Part shown: in pieces, positions 26,440 through 38,313 of the stretch
Layout: every line of letters starts with the position of its first letter
Numbering within the stretch: position 1 is the first letter of the stretch
NCBI GenBank assembly: GCA_964016885.1
Contig: OZ024743.1
Location: forward strand, 127,534,001-127,598,000
Reading direction: 5' to 3'
Source: Eledone cirrhosa
Taxonomy: Eukaryota
Length of the DNA: 64,000 nt
The notes under the pieces: model-generated
The model's input: the letters and a program-made list of their open reading frames with translations, nothing else
What the model was told of the DNA's origin: nothing
Database searches by the model: none
Made by a program: the position numbers and the translations under genes

Positions 26440-27223
26440 GTAAAGCATTTTCAATATTATTTATTAATTTTGTAAAATTGAGAAAGAAAAGGGCCACAGG
26501 TCCTCCATTTCTGCTGATAGTCATATGCTTTTCTCAAATTTAAGTTATGATGTAAATTTTTTTTTGTTTAGTCATGGAAAAGAGGGCAAGGCAGTACCCA
26601 TGACCCTCATCTGGGTTTCCAAAACTGTTGGGAGGGAAGATGGTATCCTCAAACTGAAGATCTGATCTGAATGCATGCAGCAGAATGAACTCTGCTAAAG
26701 GCACCCAAGGACTGGATGGTAATGTTAGCCCAGGCAATGGCATAAGGTGGATAAAATGAGGTGCATGACTGATAGGTGCAGTTATTTTGCACTATTGTAG
26801 TACAGAACAAATTAATGAATGAAACAATTTGTATTGTAAACGTGTAAGATTTGTACTTCTGATTAAATGACATTCAATTTTGCAAATTATGGCATCGAAT
26901 GTTATTGCTCTTTATATATCTTTTTCACCCTAACATGTAATATATATGTGTGAGTGTGTTTAAAACCATACCAATTTATATTGGTGAAGGTTTTAAACAT
27001 TATTGAGAAAAGCAAACAAGCAGTACTTTTCATACAAAGTTCCTTGTGATATTTATTCTGCACTAAATTACACTGACACTCCCTTGTCACTCTAGCCATT
27101 GACAGTACAAGGAACTAGTAATTGGCATGTTATAAAACTGTAATCAACAAAACTATTGGTTACCAATTGTGATGTAAAATACATAATCTTCACCTGCTAA
27201 CATTATCTGTTCTGTGATTTCAG

Positions 27224-27285
27224 AACAACTAGCGACTGTCTGCTTTGATAAAACAACTTTTGAAAACAATATGGTGTTATCTAAG
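27224..27285 (+). CDS. NHEJ1: NHEJ1/XLF coding exon, phase 1/0 (not in the ORF track)
   Basis: ctaac branch point, tttcag|AA acceptor, AAG|gtgagt donor; 62 nt. (K)QLATVCFDKTTFENNMVLSK aligns to XLF [20 protein letters not shown]. Confidence 0.85.
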
Positions 27286-28078
27286 GTGAGTGGTATCATC
27301 ATTATCATCCTCCTCATCCTCATATATCCACTTTCCCTGCTGTCATGGGTTGGATTGGTCACCACAGACCAAGATTGTATTTAACTCTTAACATGAAATA
27401 ACATTAGCAAATCTTTCTTAAAGCTTACAAAATAGTACTATCATTACAGCATATTAAAAATTAAAACCTTTAGTTTAACACTGTTCCAATGATCTGACCA
27501 GTAGTAATGATACTATAAACATTTGAACTAACAAACCTGTTTTTAGATGTTTTCTGCAACCAGAAGAGGGCACTTTTAATGCCTGTGAGGTAACATAGTA
27601 ATCTGGGGTTTTGTGTGGGGTTTCTTCCTAGAATTACCCTAAAGTATAGTCCCCCAATATTGGTGAACTTGTCCTTGTTGACATTTGTTATTGTTTTCTC
27701 ATGTTATGTATATATATTACAGTTTCTATTATTGTTATTTCTTCCGTTTTCTCTTTGGTGATGTTCCCTTTCCTTTACTCTGTGTTGTTTTTGTCCTTGT
27801 GGCCAATAAAAGAAATTATTTTTTGCTGGCCTTGTGCCTAAATCAGAAACCATTATTATTATGTTTGGATTTTGCTTTGTGTTTGTACGAGCTCACTCCA
27901 AGTCCTATTCAGAGACTGCAAGAGACATCATACTATAAGTTCAAGTAGACATTATAACTAGGATAGTTGATAACTGCCATGTTTTTGGGAAGAATGTAGT
28001 TTAGTGATAGGGATTTGTGTTTCAATTGTTTTAGAAAATGTCTGTCAAAATATAAGAAAATTAAAAGTTTATTTAAAA

Positions 28079-28241
28079 CAGTCATGGGCAAACTATGGCC
28101 TATGCTCCACATGCAGCCCATTTGGCTTTCTGAATGGCACACCTAATTTAAAACTGCCTTGAATTTTTTAATAGTGCGGTCCGCCATATGATGAGCCACA
28201 TCCTATGCGGCCCACTGCTTGAAAAAGGTTGCCCATGCCTG
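28079..28241. mobile_element. hAT (Charlie-like) MITE, 163 bp
   Basis: TIRs CAGTCATGGGCAAAC / GGTTGCCCATGCCTG with a perfect 8-bp TSD ATTTAAAA at 28071-28078 and 28242-28249. Confidence 0.85.
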
Positions 28242-28479
28242 ATTTAAAAGTAGTTGTGTGGTGCTAAAATAATAGTATGACTTTGAAAAAAATTGTTTTG
28301 GAGTTACATAGACAATGTTTCATAGGATATGAGCTGTCCCCATGAGTACTATTTTCTGAATTTCCTCTATTTTTTTGATTTCCTGGTATTTGGGATAGGT
28401 AATGTTTAGCCCCTTTCACTATTATTCCTAAAGCAACTACTACATGTAGCCAATTTCTATTTCAAGATCTTTGCACTTG

Positions 28480-29430
28480 CTCAATTTTTGGTAGGTCATT
28501 ATATCAATTGGGCTGTTATATCAAACATGTGCTGAGGCTATGACATCTCCAATGTTAACTTGACAGTGAACAGGTGTGCCAAGCAAGTATTTCCACAGCT
28601 CATCTTCTTGACAGAGCTGCTGTCCTGGGTTAAGCGAAGACCAGGAGGGAGCGCTTGGAAACTGGAATGTCTTTGAGTGTTTACAGCCCTCAGTCAATCA
28701 GGCAGTATGATCAGTGGAAACTCCACCTTGCCTTTCTATAGAGGGTTAGTGGTGGGTAACTCTTTTCCAGAGGTTTTTCAGTCCAGGATTCATAGATAAC
28801 ATCCAGAAATCCCTGGCCTGGAAAGTGCCACTGTGGTGCTTTGCTAGTTTTAGATAAACTCTACAGGGATGGAAGTGCTGTCAGCCGACCCTGTCCGAGA
28901 TGTGTGCAGGGCAAAGAAACTATCCTACATGCACTCGTCGAGTGTCCAAGTATTACTGACTTGTAGGTATATATTGAACACCTGCTGTCACATGTGGGAC
29001 ACATCCAGCTATTAACTGAATCCATTGTGAAGATCGCCCCACCACCTTTATTTTGCTAGAAAGGGCATGCTGTTTTTATCTGTTTGGCTGGAAGAGGAAA
29101 ATCAGAGTACAGAGGGAAGTGCTGCCTTTCAGCCATTTTGTTGAAATGTGGACGAGAGTGACAAGCATGGTCTAAATGAATGGACCAGCTCTAAGTATAC
29201 ACCCATAAATCAGAACTGAAGAACTGAGAGGGCACTTGCCTTAGCGGTCAGAGCAACTGTGGTTTATGGGATTTTTCCACAAGCAGCCTTTGGATATCTC
29301 CTCCCTATTGAGGAATACTTATTGTTGAAATTATAATAATTACCTCCCTTATTATATTAAACCAGTTTACACACTCAATATTTTGTCCTTAATATTTTTC
29401 TTGATGTAAACCCTTTGTGGTTAATAAAGA
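28480..29430 (+). mobile_element. L1/Tx1-like LINE 3' fragment
   Basis: CPRCVQGKETILHALVEC zf-RVT CCHC knuckle at ~28890-28950; AATAAA near 29423. Boundaries approximate. Confidence 0.6.
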
Positions 29431-29726
29431 AATCATAATCTTTATTATTATCATTATTTCTTTTGTTACGGCGGTGAATTGGCAGTATCGGTAGAGGGTC
29501 GGACGTCATGCTTTGACGTATAGAGTTACGGCCCTTGCCATTCTGAGTTCAAATCCCGCCGAGGTTAACTTTGCCTTTCATCCTTATGGGGTCGATAAAA
29601 TAAATTACCAGTAATCTTCTGGGTAATTGCTGGCTTTGTGCCAAAAGTAGAAACAATTATTTCTTTTGTTACTTGTTCTCATATTTCCTTTTTTTTTGCT
29701 TTCGTTTTTAAAAACTGTATAACTAG

Positions 29727-29847
29727 GAATTTGAGGACAGAGTGAAATTGTTGGGGACAACTGCTTTTGACAGTTTTGGGCAGGATCTTTACCAACAAAT
29801 CATGACAAAGTATACATGGCTGCACAAATGTAGCAAAGCTGATCCAG
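29727..29847 (+). CDS. NHEJ1: NHEJ1/XLF coding exon, phase 0/1 (not in the ORF track)
   Basis: aactag|GAA acceptor and CCA G|gtagag donor; 121 nt open frame EFEDRVKLLGTTAFDSFGQDLYQQIMTKYTWLHKCSKADP (F...Q.LY helix typical of XLF). Confidence 0.8.
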
Positions 29848-29899
29848 GTAGAGTTGCCTAATTTATTTTGTACAATGTTGTCATCACTTCCTGCTATTA

Positions 29900-30175
29900 T
29901 CTCTTTCATCACCATCATCATCCTCACTATTATCATCATTACCATCACCATCTGTTATTATCATCATTATCATTACCACTGCAATCTTCATCACAAACAT
30001 TATCATCATCATCCTCTATCACCATTGCCACTACCACCTTGGTTACCATTTTTACCACCATCACTATGCTCATTCTCACCATCACTACCTGTTACTGTCA
30101 TCATCATCATCACCATCATCATAGTCTATCACTATCAACATCACAATAATCATGGTCACCATCATCATCATAGCC
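29900..30175. repeat. degenerate (CAT/CAC)n trinucleotide microsatellite
   Basis: Visible catcat/caccat runs; source of the His/Ile/Ser-rich spurious ORFs. Confidence 0.85.
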
Positions 30176-31913
30176 ATCTGTATTTCAGCTCCATGTTGGT
30201 GACTTCTGTTACTTTTGTTATGTCACATTATTTCTGTCTACCATTGTATGATGTTTTATGACCATTGACATGGCCAAGTAGTGAAGTTTACTTCACAATC
30301 ACAAATTTCTTGGTTCAATCTCACTGTACATCTTAAAGAAGTGTCTTCCAAGTCATGTTGGATAAATGACAGGTGTTATATGCTATGTCACACTGACTCT
30401 GCTTTATGTGGGATTACATTAAGGATACAAGTGTGTGGAATACTTAACCATTACTTTGTTATTCAATGAGTAGGTAGTTCTGTTGATCTAATGAGAAATT
30501 TGTCCCTGCTTTCTGAAAAAGTCTCTTCTATACAAAAGAAAATATTATCCTCAGCTTTATCTACATTGTTTACCATTTACCTGTGTTACCATTGCACATA
30601 CATACATGCTTACATATACATATACTCCAGTATACATTGTAAATTGGTTGGTGTTAGGAAGAGCATCCAGCATTAAAAATCATGCTCCCAGTACATGCAG
30701 TAAAGTGAATGGTATTAGGAAAGGCATCCAGCCATAGAAACCAAGCCAAAACAAAGTGTACTAGCAGGACCTAATCACCTGACCAGTCAGGCCTCAGTAT
30801 GCATCAGCTGTCTAACCCATGCAAGCATGGAAAATAGATGTTAAACGGTGATGATGATGATGATATACATCATCATCTCCATTTAACATCCACTTTCTCA
30901 GCTAGCAAGAGTTGAACAGACCTTCATAGACAGAGTCAGTACTGAAGTGGGGCTCACATCTTGTATACATACAGTTCCATGTTCTACCATGTGCATTTTA
31001 TTGTGGCCCCAGCACTAGAGAAGTTATCATGTCCTTGACACAACTGAAGGGTGCTCCCAACCCTTTGTTTGGCAAGCGTTCTATAGCTGAATGTCCTTCC
31101 TGTCACTAACCACTTTACAGTGTGTACTGGGTTCATTTATCGTATAGATCACTAGCACTAGGAGAGGTTGTCATGTCTTTAACACAATTGAAGAGTCCTC
31201 CCAACCTTTTTAAGCATGATTTCTACAGCTGGGTGCCTTTCTTCTCGCCAACCACCTTCCAGAGTGTACTGGCTGCATTTTCATGGCAAAGTCACTTGAG
31301 AAGTTGTTGGTCATAGTCCTTACTTAAGAGCCCTCCCTGCTTTGTGGGATTTAGAGGTGGGGGAGGGCAGAAGAGAAGAGAAATAGGTATGATGCTATGG
31401 GTGTATGATGAGTGTGGTGATGTGACTAGATGATGAGTAGGGAGAATGGGTGACTAGTATAGTATGTTAATCCCAGGCTATAGTAAACGTGTAATTTTCT
31501 ATAACCTGAGGTTGACCTATGCCTTGTGAGGTAAATTTGGGTAGATGGCAATTGTCTAATGAAATGTACTTATAATTCAAAGGGCTAGCCTTGCTGTACA
31601 TGTGTCTGGGGAATGCTCATCCACTTGCATGTTGATTTTTTGAGCAGCCTATTCTGTTAGTCAAAACAATGGTAGCACTCATTATCAAAACTGATGGAGT
31701 TCCGCTCTCTTTGTCTGTTGTTTTGTGAGATGAATTATTTGTATTGAGGTGTAGATATGGCTGTGGGATTAAGAAGTTTACTTCAGAAGCTTTGGACTTC
31801 AAGTTCAGTCTAACTGCATAGCATATTGGGCAAGTCTTTCATTATAGCCTTCCATTAATCAGTGTCTTGTGAGTGATTTTGATAGACGGAAAATGTAAAG
31901 CCCATTTGTATGA

Positions 31914-31963
<50 letters not shown>

Positions 31964-32224
31964 TCAGTATTTAATCAGATCTACTATCTTCCCAGGAACC
32001 ATGTCCCATTTATATATATATATGTGTGTGTGCGCGCGTACTAGTTGCCAAGAACATCATTTTGACTTCATTATGAAATCTGTAGTGACAGTTGTTTATG
32101 TCATCCATAAATAATACATTGGGCAGCATTTGACCACAGTATGGGTTGACATCAGGAATAACATTCATCTCAGATTGTTATTATCTCTGATGGTGACTCA
32201 ATGTTTTAACCAATATTGTCTTAA

Positions 32225-32463
32225 CCCTTTTGATACCAAGCCACTTGAAACCACTTTTGATTCTATGATACAAAACTGTTTGTTTTAAAGTGTTTTTCTT
32301 TATTTAAAAACCTTCCATCATAATTTTATGTAATAGCTTTTGTTAAGTTCCAAACTCCAGCTTAATAATGAGATATTACTAAATTCCTCTAAATTCTTGA
32401 TTACTTTCAAAATTATTTTACAATTATGCTCAGTCTTTCATTAGAAATATGGCAATGAAAGGA
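32225..32463. mobile_element. piggyBac-like MITE (~240-255 bp; copies also at ~26015-26250, 51744-51998, 59892-60101, partial 34686-34840)
   Basis: TTAA|CCCTTTTGATACCA ... TGGCAATGAAAGGA|TTAA; the 51.7 kb copy ends AAAGGG|TTAA; shared internal sequence. Confidence 0.65.
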
Positions 32464-33065
32464 TTAATTGTCATCTTATGATATATGTTTATTACTTAAC
32501 CAAGGAAGAAAATGAACCTGTAACATCATTACTCTACTCCTCTAACATTGATTTTTATGAAATATTTTTGCAGTTTAGCCTCAAGTCAGGCCAGACCAAG
32601 TAGACATATGATCAAAGGTACCCAAGCAGTAACCATTTAGTCTTATTTACTAGAACTACATTAGAATATGGCAGTTGAATATGGCTCAGTCTTTAGTTAT
32701 ATAGCAGTGGAACGTGATTCAAAGTCTTTAGCAATATTACAGTTGAATGTGGCTTAAAGACTTTGGTAATATGACAATAGAATGTGAATCCATCTTTAGT
32801 TATATGACAGTGTTTTAATAAGAATATGATTCAAAGTCTTTTAGTAGGATATTAATAAAATAACTAATATTGTGGTGTTAATTCAAATGACTTTACTCAC
32901 TCCCTCTCCATAAAAATTAGCCTCGTGATTAGTAAAAGAAAGCAACGCTGTTATAATATTTTAATTGAATAGTTAATTATCTGTTTGTTTTTTTGGCTAA
33001 TATCCTTTCATATTTTGGAATAATTAATATTTATATTCCATCTCACATTTCATTTCCCATTCCAG

Positions 33066-33835
33066 AAACCTTTGAAATTACAAAACCTTTAGAAGAATCT
33101 TCCAATGTGTTTACAGAGCTTGCAGAACTGTCAACTGCTGTGGAAGAACATGAGCAGAAGGTTAACATTAGCCCTGACATCTATGATTGCAACCAGTGCA
33201 TATTTTCAACAAGTTCCCAAGAACTTCTGCTCCATCATATCAGCATGTACCATGAAGACTCTGCTCTAACTATCAATGCCAACTTTGCTGGCCAGCTCCA
33301 GCAAACAGTTCTAGCTGATCCATTGCCTTTGTTTAATGCTGGTAATATCGCCTGTCCACAGTGTGGTCAACACTATAAGACTCAATATGGATTGCAGAGT
33401 CATATGAACTCTAAACACCTTGGAAAGTTTCTGTTTAACTGCTCAATATGTGGTCGTGGTTTTGATAGTTTCTGGACGTACAAATCCCACATCGACAAGC
33501 ATCACATACTAGAAGAAAAATGTGACCGATGTAATTTGACGTTTCGTTTTAAAAAAAGCTTGTTATCTCATAAACGTTTTTGTGGTCGTACAAAACACCA
33601 TGGTGGGGAGTTGTTTCGTTGTAACATCTGTGAACAGACTTGTTCATCAAAAGACTCTCTTTCCACCCACATGCGTGGGCAACATGGCAGCCAACACTAT
33701 CGATGTAGACGCTGCAACAAAATCTATAAATGGCGTTCATCATTGAGGTATCACACTGAGAAATGTTTTAATCAGCCGGTTATTCTCAATACAGACAATC
33801 CGGAACCACAATCTATGTTGTTGATGGCTGTTTAA
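33066..33835 (+). CDS. terminal exon encoding six zinc fingers (4 C2H2 + 2 C2HC); candidate alternative last exon of NHEJ1, or last exon of a nested ZNF gene
   Basis: Intact ~256-codon frame: CNQC..H..H, CPQC..H..H, CSIC..H..H, CDRC..H...C, CNIC..H..H, CRRC..H...C. No ATG before finger 1; tctcac branch point, pyrimidine tract and ttccag|AA acceptor in phase 1. Confidence 0.82.
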
Positions 33836-35465
33836 TTAGTTAACATTCTAGAGTCACATTGTATATATAATATATATATATATATATCACCATCATCATC
33901 ATTTAAAATCCATTTTCCCTGCTAACCAAGGCTGGGCAGGTCATCACAGACCATGTTAGTACTTAGTTGGAGCTAGTAGTGGGTTGGTAGAATCATTAGA
34001 AATTCAGATAAAATGCATTGCAGCATTTAGTTATATGTTCAAATCCTGCTGAGGTCAATTTTTGCCTTTCAACCCTTTGGGGCTGATAAAATAAAGTACC
34101 AGTTAAGTATTGGGATTGATATATTTCTTCTCATTCTTTGTGTTCTGAGTTCAAATCCCACTGAGGTCAACTTTGCCTTTCATGTTTCCTAGGTTGATAA
34201 AATACCAATTAAGTTATGGGGTCAATTTCATCGACTAACCTCATCTCTCAAAATTGCTGGACTTTTGCCTAAATTGGAAACTATTATTAGTTAAGAAAAT
34301 AGTAGTAAGGTGGCAGAAATAATATTTTGTTAGGTATAAGTTTAACTCCTGTCAAAGTTAACATTGATTTTCATCCCTCTGGGGTTGATAAATATAAATA
34401 CTAATCAAATACTAAGAGTCAGTTCAGTTGACTATTTTCCCTGTTTCCTACAAATTTGTGGACTTGTGCTAAAGTTAGAAATTATTATTAGTTAAAGGAC
34501 GAAGCTGAAACTATATGTCACACTGTTTGTCTTGACATATCATCTGTTTCACACCTTGAGCATAACATGATCCACCAACCCTTCTAGGAGGGCTGTAACT
34601 CTGAATAAAAACTAACTTGGATTGTGATGACCCCCTCCAACTCATGCCTGTGTGGAAAGTGGACATAAAATGATGACTAGGATTAACCTCTTCATTACCA
34701 TATTTCTGCTTATGTTTTCAAATTAATTTTGTGAATAAAAATTAAATTGGAAGGAATTTAATTAAGTGTTGATAGTAAGCTGGTGTTTAGGGCTTACTTT
34801 AACAAAATATTCTTTGATAAAATTATGAAGGATGGTTTTATGTAATTGAAAAATTGGTGGATGGCATTAGGAAGGGGGCATCCAGTCATAGAAACCAGGC
34901 CAGAAACAGTTCTGTATGAGGAAGACATCTGATCTGATTTGTCTCACAACAGGACAACTTGTCTTACCCATGCTAGTGGAGAAAATGGACATTAAACGCT
35001 GATGATGATGATAATGATGGTATCAAAAGCATTGAACTTATTCTTAAGATTCACTTTATCTGTTATTCCAGTGGAAAAATATTGATTTTTCCTTTCTAAA
35101 ACTGGCTCTCTTTTACGGAAATACCACCATCTGAAGACATACACAACACTCATTCTTCAGCCGACAGAGCCTCTTAAATTTGTTTTCAAATAAATCCTAC
35201 TATTCCTTATATAAATCCAGTTACAAGAAAAGTTAAACTCCTTAACTTTGTAGCTATTTATTCAAGATATAAAATGATTATTTATTTTTTCTTAGAGAAA
35301 TGATTTGGTTCTTAATTTAAAAAAAAAATTTCCTTCCAGGTAAAAAGTATATTTTCAAACTAATTTTGGTGTTTTGTTAAAACAATCTATTGTCTTTTCC
35401 TCAACAAATGTGCCTTGGGAGTTGTCTTCAGATCGCTCTCCTGTATATATATAACACATGCACAT

Positions 35466-35500
<35 letters not shown>

Positions 35501-35694
35501 CATATGAAAGACAAATTTAAATTTTGAAAACCAACACAATGCGTATGGAGAATGTTAAATTGAAGAATTTGCTAAGGTAAGATTCTTTTGTTATCTTGGC
35601 AATTTAACATTCTCCATACGCATTGGGTTGGTTTTCAAAATTTAAATTTGTGTTTCCTATTAAATAATGCTTCAAGCAAGCTACAAAACTCTGT

Positions 35695-35734
<40 letters not shown>

Positions 35735-35756
35735 CACACACACATATATATATATA

Positions 35757-35788
<32 letters not shown>

Positions 35789-35827
35789 CATACATATATA
35801 TGTGTGTGTATATATATATATATATAT

Positions 35828-37400
35828 ATTTATTAAAATAACAGATTAAAGTTTAAGCAAAGAATCGCTGCTTTCACCTTTAACGGGATCTTCTGAAACT
35901 ATAAAGTCAATCTGTAAACGCAGAAGTGGATATTTCAAAAAACGTTGCAACCGGAGGAAGACAGGAAGATGATACTTTGGTTCGTGGAAACGTTCCCTAT
36001 GCAAATAAGTAATGGTATAAACATAACATATTCTTAGCTACCACATCAAGACGTAAATTATTCGCGTATAGATCGTACTATCCGTTAGGGTATAATGTGG
36101 GGCTGTAATACAGGAAAGTTTTGTGCAATTTATGTTTACAAGCCGAAATTGCCTCAGATTTTTTGTTTAAGATGTGGTCTGTGGCGTAGAGTATTTCCAG
36201 GGCCTCAGCGGCGCAGAGGTCACATGGTCGTTTATTTCCGTTATACGATCTAGCCCTAGCTAGGATCTCCCAGTGTAACTTATATTCCACATATTACAAT
36301 GAAGCTCTTGCTCGGAGTGGATTTGTCGATAAGGTAGCATATACAGAGTACGAGAATAGACCTAGAAGAAATAGATCCCGACGCATTATATGGTATAACC
36401 CACCATATAATATGGAGGTGGCCACACCATTAGCTAAGATCTTTCTATCCCTTATTACGAAGCATTTCCCCCTACACATAAATATAGTAAAATTTTTAAT
36501 AGAAATACTATTAAAATTTCTTACTCTACGACTCCTAACCTTGCACATAACATCACAGCTTCAAATTTAGCCAAACTACCTGGCTGTAGGAACACGTGCA
36601 ACCCTGTAGTTAGTACTAACTGTAATTGTAGGAATCGGGTTGATTGCCCCCTATCCGGGAAATGCCTTTCTAGTAACATTGTCTACAAATGTAAGGTTGT
36701 AACACCCACGTCCCGTAGGGCCTACATAGGGTTAACCGCCAATAGATTCAAGCAGCGTCTTTACATGCATACCCATTCTTTTCGTTACCCTCTTAGAAGG
36801 AATATGACGTCACTTTCAGCTTATATCTGGAGTCTAAAAGACAACCACACCCAATATAAGTTACACTGGGAGATCCTAGCTAGGGCTAGATCGTATAACG
36901 GAAATAAAAGACCATGTGACCTCTGCGCCACTGAGGCCCTGGGAATACTCTACGCCACAGACCACTTCTTAAACAAAAAATCTGAGGCAATTTCGGCTTG
37001 TAAACATAAATTGCACAAAACTTTCCTGTATTACAGCCCCACGTTATACCCTAACGGATAGTACGATCTATACGCGGATAATTTACGTCTTGATGTGGTA
37101 GCTAAGTATATGTTATGTTTATACCATTACTTATTTGCATAGGGAACATTTCCACAAACCAAAGTATCATCTTCCTGTCTTCCTCCGGTTGCAACGTTTT
37201 TTGAAATATCCACTTCTGCGTTTAGATTGACTTTGTTAGTTTCAGAAGATCCCGTTAAGGGTGAAAGCAGCGATTCTTTGCTTAAACTTTAATCTGTTAT
37301 TTTAATAAATATTTGCTCTACGGTTCTTATATATTTGATATATATTTATCCTTATCGAGCCCTCTTTGGATTTTAGTCTTCAAATTTATTATTATTACTA
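35828..37400 (+). mobile_element. Penelope-like element (Hydra-like clade, C-terminal GIY-YIG) with an inverted duplicated 3' end
   Basis: 36290-37061 + encodes RT thumb remnant (IIWYNPPY, KHFP), CNCR..CPL.GKC linker and GIY-YIG (VYKC...YIGLT...FKQR...CDLC...NKKSE..CKH). 35828-36288 is an inverted copy of ~36850-37312. Both ends abut (TA)n. Confidence 0.87.
37238..37288 (+). ncRNA. type I hammerhead-ribozyme-like fold with variant core (CAGAAGA) in the PLE 3' repeat
   Basis: AGTTT-CAGAAGA-T-CCC gttaa GGG-T-GAAA-GCAG cgattct TTGC-TT-AAACT; all three stems pair. Copies at 22482-22532, 35850-35900 and 44722-44772 (all -), partial at 45134-45175. Confidence 0.55.
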
Positions 37401-37589
37401 TTATTATTATTATTGTAACTATATATATATATATATATACATATACACACACATATATATGTGTGTATGTATATATATACACATATACACACATATATGT
37501 GTGTGTGTATATATATATGTATATATATATATATGTATACATATATATATATATCATCATCATTATCATTATCATCATCATTTTACATT

Positions 37590-38278
37590 GGGACTGGCCT
37601 TACCTAAATACAAAGTAAAACCTACTACAGTCAGTAGGAACCTCTAACAAAATACACCCCGTCCCACTATCCTCACCCCATCCACACCACCCCCTTCAAT
37701 GTAAAGTTATGTTGGTACCACAACATCCAGGCCGAAACAAATGAGGTCGTGTAGGTGTCACGACAAAAAAACACACAGTCCACGCTGTAATGTGGCCATG
37801 TAGGTAACACGGTAAAAACCTCCCAATCCACACTGTAAATGTGGTTGGTGTTAGGAAGGGCATCCAGCCGTAGAAAACCCGCCAGACAGTCCTATGCGAG
37901 CAATACAACCATTCTTGCCTCAAGTGGGAAAACTCCCGTCCAAACCCATACAAGCGTGGAATATGGATGTTAAACGATGATGATGATGATGATGATGATG
38001 GCGGGAACTGATTCTGGCTTGATTTCTACAGCTGTATGCCCTTCCTAACACCAACCTCATTTACAGTGAGTGCTGGGTGATTTTTTGCCGTGGCACCTCC
38101 ACGACCACTTTACAGTGGAATGATAGGGGCCCAAGTCCCTATCATCTCATTTCTACAGCTGAGTAAGCTGGAGCAATGTGAAATAAAGTGTCTTGCTCAA
38201 GGAAAAAACACATCACTCGGTCTGAGAATTGAACTCCCAACCTTTCGATTGCAAGGCCAATGCTCTAAATATATATAC

Positions 38279-38313
<35 letters not shown>

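Noticed and set aside
29854-30261. His-rich or transmembrane-like ORFs
   Set aside because: Translations of the (CAT/CAC)n microsatellite.
32993-33065. ORF-track N-terminus of the zinc-finger ORF (TTG start)
   Set aside because: Non-ATG start in AT-rich sequence containing a branch point, pyrimidine tract and AG; read as intron.
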